DNA from: Eledone cirrhosa
Taxonomy: Eukaryota
Assembly: GCA_964016885.1 (NCBI GenBank)
Contig: OZ024754.1
Location: 27,900,001-27,964,000 of the forward strand
Direction of reading: 5' to 3'
Length of the DNA stretch: 64,000 bases
In this document: positions 1-12,664 of the stretch, in pieces
How positions within the stretch are numbered: position 1 is the stretch's first letter
Layout: each line of letters begins with the position of its first letter
The notes under the pieces: model-generated
Databases searched by the model: none
Seen by the model: the letters and a program-made list of their open reading frames with translations, nothing else
What the model was told of the DNA's origin: nothing
Program-made: the position numbers and the translations under genes

Positions 1-141
1 CTTCATTCTTCTACACGTCTTATACACACCACGCATCTCAACGTACACCCACTTACATCTCTCTCTCCACCACCGGATCTCGTTACCCGGAGATATACCC
101 ATTTGCATTGTCGAGGCTTCCAAACGACTTAAAGATATTTA

Positions 142-183
<42 letters not shown>

Positions 184-355
184 CCTGGGTATAACATTAA
201 ACTACATCCAGTGGCAAGGCTCCAGTTCGGGAGTTCAGGAGATGTGGGGAATGTGGAGTTACCCCTTAGTTGTCATGACTCCCAGGTCTGCCCTGGCCCG
301 GGGTGGTAGTACCTGTTAGGGCTCCATTTATGGGTTAAATAACTACCTTATTCGA

Positions 356-1627
356 GTGGCGCGGGTAAGGTATTGTCAGGCATTGAAAAGAAATATGGAG
401 AGTCGATCTAACAGCATTAGGGTTAGAGCCCCTAATTACACTGTCAAGGAGCAGCCTGGTCGTTATGACTCTGCTGGCTTAGAGCCACAGAGAGGGCCAG
501 TGGATGATGGATCAGCTGTCTCTGAGACAAATATAAAGAATGCAGTTTTGCCCTGCAGAAGAGCCATCAAAATGGGCACTTTCAATGTGAGGACTATTCG
601 GACGCTGGAGAAGAGAGAGGAGTTGGGACATCTGTTCGAGGAGAGTGGTATACAGATACTTGCGATCCAAGAACACAGGATTCTACACGATGAGCCCGTG
701 AGGAGTGTGATGATCGGGAAGAAGAGCCAGCTCATCACTACATCGGCAGTGAAGAACACAACAAATGCTGCAGTAGGAGGAGTGGGTTTTGTGTTCAGTG
801 CAAAAACCAATCTGTTGGTGAGGGAAATAATGCCTATCTCCCCGCGAGTGTTGAGGGTGACCTTCAATGGAAACCCAAGACTGACAGTCATCTCAGCCTA
901 TAGTCCAACCGAGGGGGACAGTGATGTGAATGCGGAACAGTTCCATGAGGAGGTGTGTAGAGCTGTCAACACCACTCAGGCACACAATATCCTGCTTGTT
1001 TTGGGGGACTTCAATGCACATCTGAGTAAGGAGGGCAGTGAAGATCCTTGCTGGTACTTCCATAACAACACCAACCGAAATGGAAGACTACTGAGAGACA
1101 CCCTGCTGGAGGCGAACTTGATGGCGACCAACCTAGGGTTTAGGAAGAATCTGGGGAAGATGTGGACCTACATCTCAGATATGCACCTATCCAAGTCCCA
1201 GATTGATTTCATTCTGGTGAGGAAAAAGTGGCGGAATAGTGTTCTGAACACAGAACCATACAGCTATTTCAGTACACTGGGTAGTGACCACCGGCTTGTT
1301 ATGAGTGAGGTCCGCGTGAGCTTAAGAAAGAGCAAGGCTCAGCCCCGGAGAACAATCTATGACTGGGGAGCTTTCAAGGAAGATGATAAGCTACAGGAGA
1401 GGTTCACAGTGGAAGTGAGAAACAGGTTTAGTGCTCTGTGTGGAGAGTCAGAGGAGAGAGAGATTGGATGGACTGAGGAGAGTGGGACGAGGAGGTACGG
1501 GCACTTCACCAATGCAGTGGCGGAAGCAAGTGAAACCCTGGTGCCGAGGAAAAAGAACAAAGGGAAGCACAAAAGTGTGTGCAGCCAGAGAACACCTGAA
1601 AGCTGCCAGGGACCAATTCTATGCTGA
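356..1627 (+). CDS. AP-like endonuclease domain of the RTE ORF (probable start ATG 395; frameshift near 1560-1600)
   Basis: APE motifs GTFNVRT, IQE, YSPT, GDFNAH, NRNG, SQIDFILV, SDHRLV. Confidence 0.9.
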   Translation: MARVRYCQALKRNMESRSNSIRVRAPNYTVKEQPGRYDSAGLEPQRGPVDDGSAVSETNIKNAVLPCRRAIKMGTFNVRTIRTLEKREELGHLFEESGIQILAIQEHRILHDEPVRSVMIGKKSQLITTSAVKNTTNAAVGGVGFVFSAKTNLLVREIMPISPRVLRVTFNGNPRLTVISAYSPTEGDSDVNAEQFHEEVCRAVNTTQAHNILLVLGDFNAHLSKEGSEDPCWYFHNNTNRNGRLLRDTLLEANLMATNLGFRKNLGKMWTYISDMHLSKSQIDFILVRKKWRNSVLNTEPYSYFSTLGSDHRLVMSEVRVSLRKSKAQPRRTIYDWGAFKEDDKLQERFTVEVRNRFSALCGESEEREIGWTEESGTRRYGHFTNAVAEASETLVPRKKNKGKHKSVCSQRTPESCQGPILC

Positions 1628-3089
1628 TCCTACGGAGGAGAGGGTGGAGACTGTGGAGGTGATGAGGGAAGAGCTCTGTACCGCTTACACTGAGGTCAGA
1701 GAGGAGGCACCGATAGAGAAGATCAGAAGTGTGGAGAGAGCGGTTGACAGATCTGGATGTAAGGAGAGCTGGATGATCATCAACGAGATCACAGGGAGGA
1801 AGAGAAGGTGTTCGAGTCAGATCCAGGGAACGGGGCCCGAGGATAGGAAGAGGAAATGGCTAGACCATTTTAGGACCCTACTAGGAGAGCCACCCTCCAC
1901 AGCCCAGAGCACTTGGGAGATCAGGCGGCTGTTTGAGGAACTGGATGTTGAGACAGAGCCCTTCACCAGAGAGGAGCTTCCGAGAGCCAAGAAGAGGATC
2001 AAGGAGGGCAAGGCTCATGGAGAAGATGGAGTGGCATCAGAGGTGATGAAGAGGTGTGATTTTGATGATATCATCCTGGGGTTCTGTAACGGGGAACTGG
2101 AGAAAGGAGTTGCACCGAATCAGTGGAGGATCAGTAACATCGTCCCAGTGCCAAAGAAGGGAGATCTCTCTAACACCAACAACTACCGGGGTATCTCACT
2201 GACGTCACTTGTGGCAAAGACCCTCAACAGGATGATTCTTAACAGGATCCAGCCTGAGATGGAGAAGAAGCTCAGAGACAACCAGAACGGCTTCAGAGAG
2301 GGTAGATCAACCACCAGTCACATCCTGATGCTGAGGAGGATATTAGAGGGAGCTATAGCAAAGTGCCTTCCTGCGGTCATGGTTTTCATTGACTTTAGGA
2401 ATGCCTTTGATTCTGTTGACCGTTACTGCCTGATGAAGATCTTACAGGCTTATGGAATCCCCAAGAAGATAGTGGACCTGATATCACTGCTCTACACCAA
2501 CACCAAGGCCCAAGTCATTACACCTGATGGGATGACAGAGTTCTTTGAGATACTGGCTGGAGTGCTCCAGGGAGATACATTGGCTCCCTACCTTTTTGTC
2601 ATCGTAGTGGACTATTGTATGCGCCTTTCACTGGAGAAACACCAGGACTCTGGCTTTACTGTAGCACCGGCTCAGAGCAGGAGAGTTAGGGCGAAAAAGG
2701 TATTGGATGCTGAATTTGCCGACGACATAGTTTTGGTGACAAATACAGTGAAGGAGGCAGAGGATTTGATGCGGGAGGTTGAGACTGTGTCGATGAGTGT
2801 GGGGCTGAGAATGAATGAGACTAAAACAAAATATCTAGTAGAGAATGTTGAGAAGTCAGCGGGGATCACTAATGTAGGCGGGAAGCCGCTGGAATTGGTT
2901 GAGGACTTCCTGTATTTGAGAGCAAAGATTGGGAATACGGAAGATGATGTGGTTGAGAGGAAGAGCAAGGCCTGGGCGGCGTGCCACAGCTTGAGATCGG
3001 TGTGGAAGTCGGACCTTCATAGAGACCTGAAAATCAGCCTCTTCATTGCTGTAGTGGAGTCTGTGCTGCTGTATGGGTCTGAGACTTAG
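1431..3089 (+). CDS. Reverse transcriptase domain of the RTE ORF, ending at a premature TAG in place of the Trp of YGSETW
   Basis: PKKGD, NYRGISL, QNGFR, FIDF-x-x-AFDS, GVLQGDTLAPYLF, FADD. Confidence 0.92.
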   Translation: MLCVESQRRERLDGLRRVGRGGTGTSPMQWRKQVKPWCRGKRTKGSTKVCAAREHLKAARDQFYADPTEERVETVEVMREELCTAYTEVREEAPIEKIRSVERAVDRSGCKESWMIINEITGRKRRCSSQIQGTGPEDRKRKWLDHFRTLLGEPPSTAQSTWEIRRLFEELDVETEPFTREELPRAKKRIKEGKAHGEDGVASEVMKRCDFDDIILGFCNGELEKGVAPNQWRISNIVPVPKKGDLSNTNNYRGISLTSLVAKTLNRMILNRIQPEMEKKLRDNQNGFREGRSTTSHILMLRRILEGAIAKCLPAVMVFIDFRNAFDSVDRYCLMKILQAYGIPKKIVDLISLLYTNTKAQVITPDGMTEFFEILAGVLQGDTLAPYLFVIVVDYCMRLSLEKHQDSGFTVAPAQSRRVRAKKVLDAEFADDIVLVTNTVKEAEDLMREVETVSMSVGLRMNETKTKYLVENVEKSAGITNVGGKPLELVEDFLYLRAKIGNTEDDVVERKSKAWAACHSLRSVWKSDLHRDLKISLFIAVVESVLLYGSET

Positions 3090-3473
3090 ACACTGACCAA
3101 GAAACTCACTCAGATGGTGGATGGGTGCTACACGAGAATGCTGAGGATGGCTCTGAACATTAATCAGTATACACTGAGGATGAAAAACTCAGAGGTATAT
3201 GGGAGCCTCCCAAAAGTCAGCTCAAAAGTGACACAGAGGAGACTGAGGTTAGCTGGACATGCCCACCGACATCCAGAGTTGACATTACATTCAGTACTCC
3301 TTTGGGAGCCCCTACATGGGCACACTAGAAGAGGAAGACCAAGGTTAACGTATGTTGATGCCCTCAGGACAGACACTGGTCTGTTGGAGATGCAGGACAT
3401 GGCAGCGATAATAAGGAACAGAGACTGCTGGAGAGAACTCGTCCATGGATCTCGGGAATTTTACCCGCCTTAG
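3090..3473 (+). pseudogene. In-frame C-terminal continuation of the RTE ORF after the premature stop
   Basis: Same frame as 1431-3089; RRLRLAGHAHRH and RRGRPRLTYVD motifs. Confidence 0.85.
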
Positions 3474-3503
3474 ATTGATATATATATATATGTATTTATT
3501 AAA

Positions 3504-3544
<41 letters not shown>

Positions 3545-3836
3545 AAAACAAATAACGAAACGAAATTAAATTTCGTTTCGTTTGTAACTCACTTTTGTAT
3601 GACTGACGCTTAAACAATTAAGTTAAAAATGAACATCCACATATGTATACTGAAATACTAGTATGCATATGAATACACACACGTATACATATGTAGATGT
3701 ACCGAGTTTTTCACTGGTCACTTTACTGTGAGTGTCCAGCTATTCTGTATGTAAACACACAGACAAACCGGTTTTTAGAGTCATACTGGTTTTTGAGGAA
3801 ACACCTTTCCTCTATTCTCCAGAAAGCCAGACAAGG

Positions 3837-3881
3837 AATATTGAACTAGTTTCGTTGTTGTTACAACTCATCAGCAATATT
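3837..3881 (-). ncRNA. Type I hammerhead ribozyme (family A)
   Basis: Reverse complement of the motif at 4606-4650. Confidence 0.8.
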
Positions 3882-4605
3882 TACCTATCTTCCGGCCTTT
3901 CTAGAGAATCGTAAAAGCACATATCGTTATATGCTTTTTCTATGAAAATTAGTAGTGGGCAGACTAATTTGCATAGAGCGTGAGTACGTACCGGTTCAAC
4001 GGAGACGATAAAAACAAATAACGAAACGAAATTAAATTTCGTTTCGTTTGTAACTTACTTTTGTATGACTGACGCTTAAACAATTAAGTTAAAAATGTAC
4101 ATCCACATATGTATACTGAAATACTAGTATGCATATGAATACACACACGTATACATATGTAGATGTACCGAGTTTTTCACTGGTCACTTTACTGTGAGTG
4201 TCCAGCTATTCTGTACGTGTTTCCTCAAAAACCAGTATGACTCTAAAAACCGGTTTGTCTGTGTGTTTACATACAGAATAGCTGGACACTCACAGTAAAG
4301 TGACCAGTGAAAAACTCGGTACATCTACATATGTATACGTGTGTGTATTCATATGCATACTAGTATTTCAGTATACATATGTGGATGTACATTTTTAACT
4401 TAATTGTTTAAGCGTCAGTCATACAAAAGTGAGTTACAAACGAAACGAAATTTAATTTCGTTTCGTTATTTGTTTTTATCGTCTCCGTTGAACCGGTACG
4501 TACTCACGCTCTATGCAAATTAGTCTGCCCACTACTAATTTTCATAGAAAAAGCATATAACGATATGTGCTTTTACGATTCTCTAGAAAGGCCGGAAGAT
4601 AGGTA

Positions 4606-4650
4606 AATATTGCTGATGAGTTGTAACAACAACGAAACTAGTTCAATATT
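4606..4650 (+). ncRNA. Type I hammerhead ribozyme (family A)
   Basis: aatattg CTGATGA gttg-taacaa-caac GAA A-ctag-T T caatatt: 7-bp stem I, 4-bp stem II, palindromic stem III, GUU site. Confidence 0.82.
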
Positions 4651-4868
4651 CCTTGTCTGGCTTTCTGGAGAATAGAGGAAAGGTGTTTCCTCAAAAACCA
4701 GTATGACTCTAAAAACCGGTTTGTCTGTGTGTTTACATACAGAATAGCTGGACACTCACAGTAAAGTGACCAGTGAAAAACTCGGTACATCTACATATGT
4801 ATACGTGTGTGTATTCATATGCATACTAGTATTTCAGTATACATATGTGGATGTACATTTTTAATTTA

Positions 4869-4906
<38 letters not shown>

Positions 4907-4912
<6 letters not shown>

Positions 4913-5260
4913 GACAGGGGGGAAGAAAAAATGGCTTCACTTGTGCTTTCAACAAATTTATTTTCTTCACAAAATCCAAAAAGAATTTTTCTTAAAAAAA
5001 ATTTTATTTTATAAATTAAGTTGTTGGTTGTTGGTTAGGTCTTAGGAGTTCTTCAAGCGCACCTCAGCGTGAAAGGTCTTTCTAAAAACGAAACAATACC
5101 TCCTACGTTAACCAAGAACTCCTAAGACCTAACCAACAACCAACAACTTAATTTATAAAATAAAAATTTTTTTAAGAAAAATTCTTTTTGGATTTTGTGA
5201 AGAAAATAAATTTGTTGAAAGCACAAGTGAAGCCATTTTTTCTTCCCCCCTGTCTTAATA
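4907..5260. repeat. Fold-back element: ~147-bp inverted arms with ~60-bp spacer, adjacent to (TA)n
   Basis: ttaagacaggggggaagaaaaaatgg...cttaggagttctt is the reverse complement of aagaactcctaag...cccccctgtcttaa. Confidence 0.8.
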
Positions 5261-5292
5261 TACCTAACTGTACCAAGGATTACACACATTTT

Positions 5293-5361
<69 letters not shown>

Positions 5362-5363
<2 letters not shown>

Positions 5364-5445
5364 CAATCGTAAGGTTGTGAGTTCGATTCCTGGACCAGGC
5401 GATGCGTTATGTCCTTGAGCAAGACACTTTATTTCACGTTGCTCT
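5362..5445 (+). mobile_element. tRNA-derived SINE fragment
   Basis: B-box-like gagttcgattcc followed by gtccttgagcaagacacttt; similar sequence at 6012, 47345 and 59775. Confidence 0.6.
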
Positions 5446-5724
5446 TTCTACTTGGAGTTGTGATAGATAGTATTAGCAATTGGAAAGACCAATGGAAACA
5501 TTGTTTCCTCGGTCCGATTTGACGAAAGTCGATCGTTTCTAAAAAAAAAGATATATATATATATACATATATACATGTGTGTGTGTAAAGTTTTAATCAC
5601 TGGGCATTTGTAAGTTTGAGGCTATAATAAAATACACACAGTCAGAATCAACCCGAAAGGATGTGATTGCGGAGCAAACTCTTTAACTATACAGACATGT
5701 CTGCACCTTATTTTAAATGTTTAT

Positions 5725-6008
5725 TGAATTATCTATACAGCTTAGTTTCAGAACTGTATCACGTACGATTTATACAACCTAGTTTTACAACTACAATATA
5801 TATTATATAGCTTGGACGAAACTACATGGTTTCACAACTCCTACATGACAGATTTATATAACTCAGTCTCACAACTACTACATGAATTATCTATAACATT
5901 TAGTCTCACAAGTATAAAATCAATTATCTAAACTGTTTAGTTTCACAATGACAACATGATTAATCTATAAAATGTGGTCCCACAATTACAACATCACTTA
6001 TCTATAGC
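5725..6008. repeat. Degenerate ~38-39-bp minisatellite
   Basis: Recurring att(a)tctata...tagt(t/c)tcacaact units. Confidence 0.6.
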
Positions 6009-6011
6009 ACC

Positions 6012-6202
6012 AGGCTTAGTTGTTAAGATGCTGTGTTTACGGGGTCGTAAGGTCGTGAGTTCGATTCTTGGTCCGGGAGGCGCGTTGTCTCTTTGAGCAA
6101 GGCACTTTATTTCTCACTGCCCCAATCTACTCAGATGGAAAAATGAATTGCGATGCCACAGCTGCCAATTTGTACCGGCTTTTCCCTTTCCCTTGGATAA
6201 CA
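6012..6202 (+). mobile_element. tRNA-derived SINE
   Basis: A-box-like ggcttagttgttaag, B-box gagttcgattc, ttgagcaaggcacttt body. Confidence 0.65.
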
Positions 6203-7444
6203 CCATATATAGCGTATATAGTAAATATATATAGTGTATATAGTAAGTATAAGTATAGTGTATATAGTAAATATATATAGTGTGTATAGTAAATATATAT
6301 ATAGTGTATATAGTAAATATATATAGTGTGTATAGTAAATATATATATAGTGTATATAGTAAATATTTATAGTGTATATGAGTTATACGAGACTTGCGCA
6401 AAGCTGTAACTTAGACAACATCCAAACATTGAGAAGGTGGATTAACATGCATAGGTGAATGTTGTTTTCCCCACCAAAAAATGATTCGGGATTGTAAAGA
6501 CCCAGGGAGCGGAGTTAGGCTCGCTCAAATCTCACACTTGAAACATGTATATTGATACACTTTCTCTTTCACTACTTTGCTAGATTTGTAACTGGTATCA
6601 ATAACATTAATGTGATTTCCTTCCTTGACCTCTAATTGTAAGAATATGGACTTCGAGCATAAAAGATGTTTTTTGAATGGGAGATTTTGCAAATTAAATT
6701 AAATAGATTTTTCTAATTATTTTTAATATATATTTTATTTTATTTTATTTTATTAATCTTTTTTTAATTGAAAAATTGAGATTAGATATTCATCTACCTT
6801 CACTTCTCCATACAATTTGAAAATGTCAATGTAGTGAATGTCTAAGGTTAGTTCTGTTAATTTTATATAATGAGTATTTGAATAGTTTGGTAATGGAATA
6901 TATATACAGTGTGCTGTTGTAATTCATGAAATAGAAAGAGGTGAATGGGTTGTATATAATTGAGGTTTGCTAATGGAATTTATTAATAAAAGAATTTATG
7001 TTTTAAACTAAATGCATTGTGAAAAAATATATAAATATATTTCGATCATAATGTTCGATATATTTGGTGGTGATGGTGGCAGAAATCGATGTGGAAGTGG
7101 TGGCAGTAATTGATGGCTCTCAAGTATTGCCAGCATGCCACGGTGTGTTTCCTCCTTTAAAAAAGGCAACATTTTTTACTCTTCTGTCTTCTAACCTATG
7201 TTTCTCAATCCTAGGATCTCACGGAAGATCGAAATACAACTTGGTGAGAATGTATGGTGCGGGCTAAGAGAGTTCATATCTCGCCATTAGCGGGGCACTT
7301 TCTGAATCCAATAACATTAAACAAATATTTAAATTGAATAAGGTGGTCCTTTTTTACAGAGCCTAAGACAAATAAGGGATGATCATAGCGGGAACACCAA
7401 TTCTGTTCGGACAGGAATGGCCTGGTGATGAATATAATGGTTAC

Positions 7445-7640
7445 TTATTTAGGCACAAGGCCAGAAATTTTCGAGAATGTGAACGTCAGTTATATCGACC
7501 CAGTAGTTGACTGGTACTTTGATTTATTGATCCCTGTGAGGATGAATGTCCCAGTTGAACTCGGTAGAATTTGAACTCAGAAAGCAAAGATCAGTCACAG
7601 ATACGACAAAAGATGTTGTGCGCCTCTCTAGCAATTCTGA
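7445..7640 (-). mobile_element. SINE of the second family (ctgagttcaaat...ctttcatcc...gataaa...agtaccag body)
   Basis: Reverse complement matches the copies at 59240 and 62662. Confidence 0.55.
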
Positions 7641-9829
7641 TAATGCACCGTTTTTCCCAGTGTTAAATGATAAGAAATAACAATATATGTGAGATATGGA
7701 TGTATGCCTCATTGCTACGAGATGAATGATCATTTCGTATTCATGTATCTCGTAAGATAGTAAAACCAGGCGTTGGGTTACTATTTTAGATGTTTTGACA
7801 ACTAGCAGACGAGGCTGGTCTCTGTCCTCCATCATGTCTGACTAAGCTACTTGGCTTATGTTCTGAACTTTAATACTTACAGAATCACAGAAGAAAAGTC
7901 TGCATTAGACTAAAGGGAAGAGATGAGTATTTCAAAACCAATTAATGTTTTAAATATATAACATGAAAGATAGAATATGAATAGTTCTAATCAAATAGAT
8001 GAATAAGAAACCATTTGAACATTTCTTTCAGAAAAAATAATTCGACAAAGATGCAGAGTTCATTTATGTGTGAAATGTCTGTTCTCTGAAAATAAATTCC
8101 ATTACACTGAATTATTGTCGGCGATTCCAAATTTTCAGTAGAAATCAAACTGAACATTTCCCCTCTCGACTATAATGACTCTTCAAAAATAATTTAATTC
8201 TTTGAGGCAATATTTCCTTTAACTTACTGTAATATCCTTACAGAGAAATATATTGAACTTTTCGAAACTTCAACACCCAGAAGAATAGAACAAAAAAATC
8301 AAAATACAAAGAAATATCTTTTTGTTTGTTTTTGTTTTGTTTTTTTTTAATCAAATTATTTACTAACAAATTTGAATCTTCTCACATACTATTCTATTTG
8401 GAGAGATTTAAGAGAGGAAATGACGCTATCTGAAGCAGAAAATTCGTTAAAATATTTGAAAATGAGAAGAGATTAATAGAAAGAATGGAAAATAACACTT
8501 AAGACAGTAAAAGACTTTGTAATTCACCTGTTCCATACATTACTTCGTTCTTAATGGAACAATGAATTCTTTCTAATACAAATTAATTTAAATCCCGTAA
8601 ATTGGAAATACAAATTGCCTGAAGCCTTAGTCTAAGGGGAATCTATATTGTTTTGGTTTATATTTGTTTATTTTTTTCACCTCAAACTAAAAAGAAATTT
8701 GTTTCCACGCCAGGAAATTCGACATTTCCACACAATTTTTGTTACTTCTTTGCACTCATTTATTGAGTTCCTCCGTGGATATAATGATGTAATTAAATAA
8801 AACTGAAGTGTTATATAGAAATAAATTTCTCCTTCGTTATCAAATATAAAATCAAGATAAAATAATTGTGAGATGCAGGATTTTATGCTAACATGTGTGT
8901 CTCCCTTTTTTACATTCCTAAAACATATAATCTCAGGATTATCTGTAAGTTCGAAGTTATGTCCACGACAGTGCTGAATAAGAGTTTGCAAAGAACAAAC
9001 AAAAATTGTGTGGAAATTTTGAATTCTCTGGCATTGAAACAATTTTCATATAAACAATTCCTTCCTTGGCTACCCACCTTCCTGGGAACCAAGTGCCTCC
9101 CGTTTGAGAATCATTATCAGAGCCTAATTAGTGTCTAGCGTGTTCGGAATCGAAACTAGTTTACTATAGATACTTTCTTATGCATAATTAATCAATTCAT
9201 ATGATTGATGCTTTGTTATACAATTTCCCTAATTGACACTTCTACACCAGCAGATGATTTAATCCAGATTCTGGCTGATGTATAATGAATGCCACACTGA
9301 GACTATACATTGTCTCACTGAATTCTAATTATTACTTCCCAACTATTCTCTAAAGAGATTTATAGCAGTTAAATTGTTCTACAAGTTTAGAAATACTTTC
9401 TTACACAACTTATAAATGTATTATGTGTGTTTTTGTGCTTTGCAGTTATTCCAAACTTTTAATTCTTTAATGGTTTCAGTCTTTAAAGTTCGGCCATGCT
9501 AGGGCACTACCTTAATGTGACTCAATCGATCACATCAACCACTGTACTTTCAAGCCTGGTACTTATTTTATCGATTGCTGTTTGTTGAAATGCTATATTA
9601 CACGTACGCTGGACTTCCAAATAGTTTTAATCTACCATTTACCAAATTTTACTCACAGGGTATGAGCCCGACATGAGGCTATAGTAGTAGACACTGGTCC
9701 CAGATTTCACAGTGTGGGACTAAATGCCCAGGACACGCCCCTATGACTTAATCAGGAATCAAGAGCTCATGCATGCATAATGTTAATTGGTATATTTAAT
9801 CAAAACAATATTTTCGTTGACATAATCAT

Positions 9830-10440
9830 GCCTATTAGGTCAGCTATTGATACTTCTGCCATAAAATTCTTTGGATAGTTTCCAGGCAAACATTTGCGCC
9901 ATATCATTTTTAACATCTTTATAATTGATGAACTGCTTCCAGGAAATATTATAAAGATCTCAGATGATAATAATACGATCGTGCGAGATCTGGTGAATAG
10001 GGAGCAGTATCAGATGATGATAATATCTGGGGATTAGGGGGAATGAGGCAAACCACCATATTTAAAGATGGAATCATTGCTTGTATAGTATCTTGCAAAT
10101 TGTTGTTTTGCGATATCATACAAACCATCAGTACATCTCCGATTGACAAGATAAGCTGGTCCTTCCAACACTAACTGTTGCTTCCAGTGGATAAAAATCT
10201 CTCTCTAGTAACTATCTCACTATATTTTATCATCTCGTGGTAGAAGACACCTTTCATATCCCAACAAAAGCAAAGCATTACCTTCTCATGTTTCATTTGG
10301 GGTTTAGATATAGTTACATGATGTTCTTTTGGTCGGAGTCCATTCTATCTTTCACTGGTTATAATTATAAAGGACCTACATTTAAAGATGTGTAATAGTA
10401 ATTTACAAGTACTTTCGATAACATGTCTTGCCTTTATAAT
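9830..10440 (-). mobile_element. Decayed mariner/Tc1 transposase remnant
   Basis: APYSPDLA-x-x-YYHLRSL (mariner YSPDLAP-x-D motif) and an upstream VMLC-x-x-WD-x-KGV-like segment; multiple disruptions. Confidence 0.7.
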
Positions 10441-11394
10441 AGATTCTAATTTAGAAATGAAGCCAACATGTCTGTGGGTAGGGGCAACTAGCTGATTAAT
10501 TCTACCCCAGAGCTTAACCCAGTATTTTATTTTATCACTTATGGAATCCAGAGGGATGATAGCAAGAGTTGATCTCGGTGGGATTTAAACTCGGAATTTC
10601 AAAAAACCGTCAGGTAGACAGAAAATCATACTGTCCCATATACTAAAGATTTTGCCATTCTATCCCATACACTAAGGGTTCTACCATTCTATCCCATACA
10701 CTAACGGTTCTACCAGACACTGCTCTTATTGCATTGTATTTAATATTGACTTCTGATATAGGCAGATTTCGAGAAAGGGTCAAATTGATTAAACCAACCC
10801 CAATACTTCACTGTGTGTGTGTCTCTGTTCTCTTTCTATGTGTTTGTTCCTTGTGCGTGCATGTATCCTTTGTGAACGTTTGTGTGTGTGTCTGTGTGTG
10901 TCTCTGTGTGTACGTGTGTGCGTGTGTGTGTGTGTTCTTTGAGCATGTATGTGTGTTCCTTGTGTAGGTGTGTGTGTGTTCCATGCGCTTTTTTTCTCCC
11001 TCAACATGTGCTGTTCGTTTCTTTTTGTGTGTGTATGCCTGCTCCTTGTGTATGCATTCCTTGTGCGTGTATGCGTTCTTTTTGCGTGTGCATGTATATG
11101 TGTATCTTGTGCATGTGTGTGTGCATTCCTTGTATTTGTATCTGTTTTTTGTGTCTGTGTGTGTATGTCGATATGTTCCATATGTGTACGTGTGTGTGTG
11201 TGTGTGTGTGAGTGTGTGTGTATGTGTGTGAGTGTGTGTCTTACTTATGCGTGTTTCAGTTTTCATCGTGTTGTAGTTTTTTTTTATATAATAAACATTT
11301 AAAATTTTTTATTCTGAAATATTTTGGAAGAAATAGTTTTTTGTTTATTTCGATAAACAAATTAAAAACGAAATTGAATTTTATTTTTCAAATT

Positions 11395-11572
11395 GAACAA
11401 CGAGAAGAACATCAACAACTACAGAAACAACAAGAACAACAAGAACACCAACAACAACAACACTAACAACAACAACAACAGCCACAAAAACATCATCAAC
11501 AACAACAACAACAATAACAACAACATCAACAACAGACACAAGGACATCAATAACAACAACAACAACAACGTC
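11395..11572. repeat. (AAC)n-derived microsatellite
   Basis: Direct reading. Confidence 0.9.
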
Positions 11573-12664
11573 GATAATAGGAAACCATGATTTTGTTCAC
11601 CTCTTTAAATCTTTCAATGATTGTTGTTGTGCAGCTTTGTCGATTATAACCGTGTAGCGAACAAATAAATATTTAACCATAAAATATTGTTATTAACATT
11701 AAATCTTCTCTAGAATCATAATTTTTTCCATTTATATTGTTTTGCCTACATTTTATGTCACCGCTATTTAAATTTTCCTTCGTCAAAAAATATTATTTTT
11801 AAACGCTACAATTATTGTTTAATTGTTTCATTGCTCGGTTTCGTGTTTACCTGAGCTAAATATGGTGAATTGACAGAGTCGTTAGAACGTTGAGTTAAAT
11901 GCCTTACAGTATTGGTTCAGGCTTACTACGGTCTGTGTCTAGATCCCTCTGAAGTCATATTTGTATTTCATTCTTTCGGAGGAGTCGATAAATAATGAAC
12001 CAGTCCGATCAAGTCAAGAGGGTTGGTGGACTGGCGAAATATATAGAGAGTCATGCAGGATGCCTTGCGGTATCTGACCTGGTTCTGTACGTTCGGAGTT
12101 GAAATCCCACTTACGTCTGCCAGGAGTTGCCACCGGTAGAGTGGTAAGAAACTCCCGGGAGGGCTGGACAGCAGAAGGTATTAAGAGAAGAAACATTCCT
12201 CAAACGAATCAGCAAAAGATAGAGCAATGGGAACACTGTTTCCTTGGTCTGATCTCACCATCGACTTATTTCCTTAGATTTGTTTCATATGAACGTCATT
12301 TAGGTCAACGTAATTCCAGACGTATTTGGGCACCGGATTTAATGTTTTAATCAACTTATTTGTACTCTTCTGCCTTTCCAAGATCAAATTTGACTTCCTT
12401 GCAATTTACGTGTATCAAATTCTATTTGAATGGAATTCATTTACATGTAGATTAGGAATTACAGTGATTGTATATATTTCACGACTTTCTATCTTTTCTC
12501 AAAACTGGTTAGATCTAAAACATATCTTACTTTTCAAATTTTAGCTAACACCTTTTCACTGATGACACCATTATCATTATCATTATTATTCTTTGAGTCT
12601 CAGTCATTGATGTTATTCAACTGGAAAGTTTGTTGAAATGAATATCAAGCCGCTACCTGCAGCC

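Larger units (their letters stand above)
181..3473 (+). mobile_element. RTE-clade non-LTR retrotransposon (LINE), near full length, inactivated by one frameshift and one in-frame stop
   Basis: Starts right after (TA)n with a ~210-bp 5' UTR. Single APE+RT frame ending in the RTE-type C-terminus (RRLRLAGH...RRGRPRLTY...R..W), followed by (TA)/(CA) repeats. Confidence 0.92.
3543..4872. mobile_element. Non-coding HHR-bearing element: 466-bp monomer in ~1.4 tandem copies (3543-4215), then the same array inverted (4217-4872); retrozyme or non-autonomous PLE-like
   Basis: TAAAAACAAATAACG at 3543 and 4009; GTGTTTCCTCAAAA at 4217 and 4683 (period 466). Arms are reverse complements, with one HHR per arm and (TA)n on both sides. 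Confidence 0.8.

Noticed and set aside
181-355. HDV-like ribozyme in the RTE 5' UTR, known from other RTEs
   Set aside because: I could not assign the nested double pseudoknot by eye; a descriptor search is needed.
3732-4755. Identical 60-aa ORFs on opposite strands
   Set aside because: A consequence of the inverted duplication; GTG start, no recognisable motif, and antisense to the HHR.
5725-6008. CRISPR-like array
   Set aside because: Degenerate tandem units without unique spacers, eukaryotic context and no cas genes.
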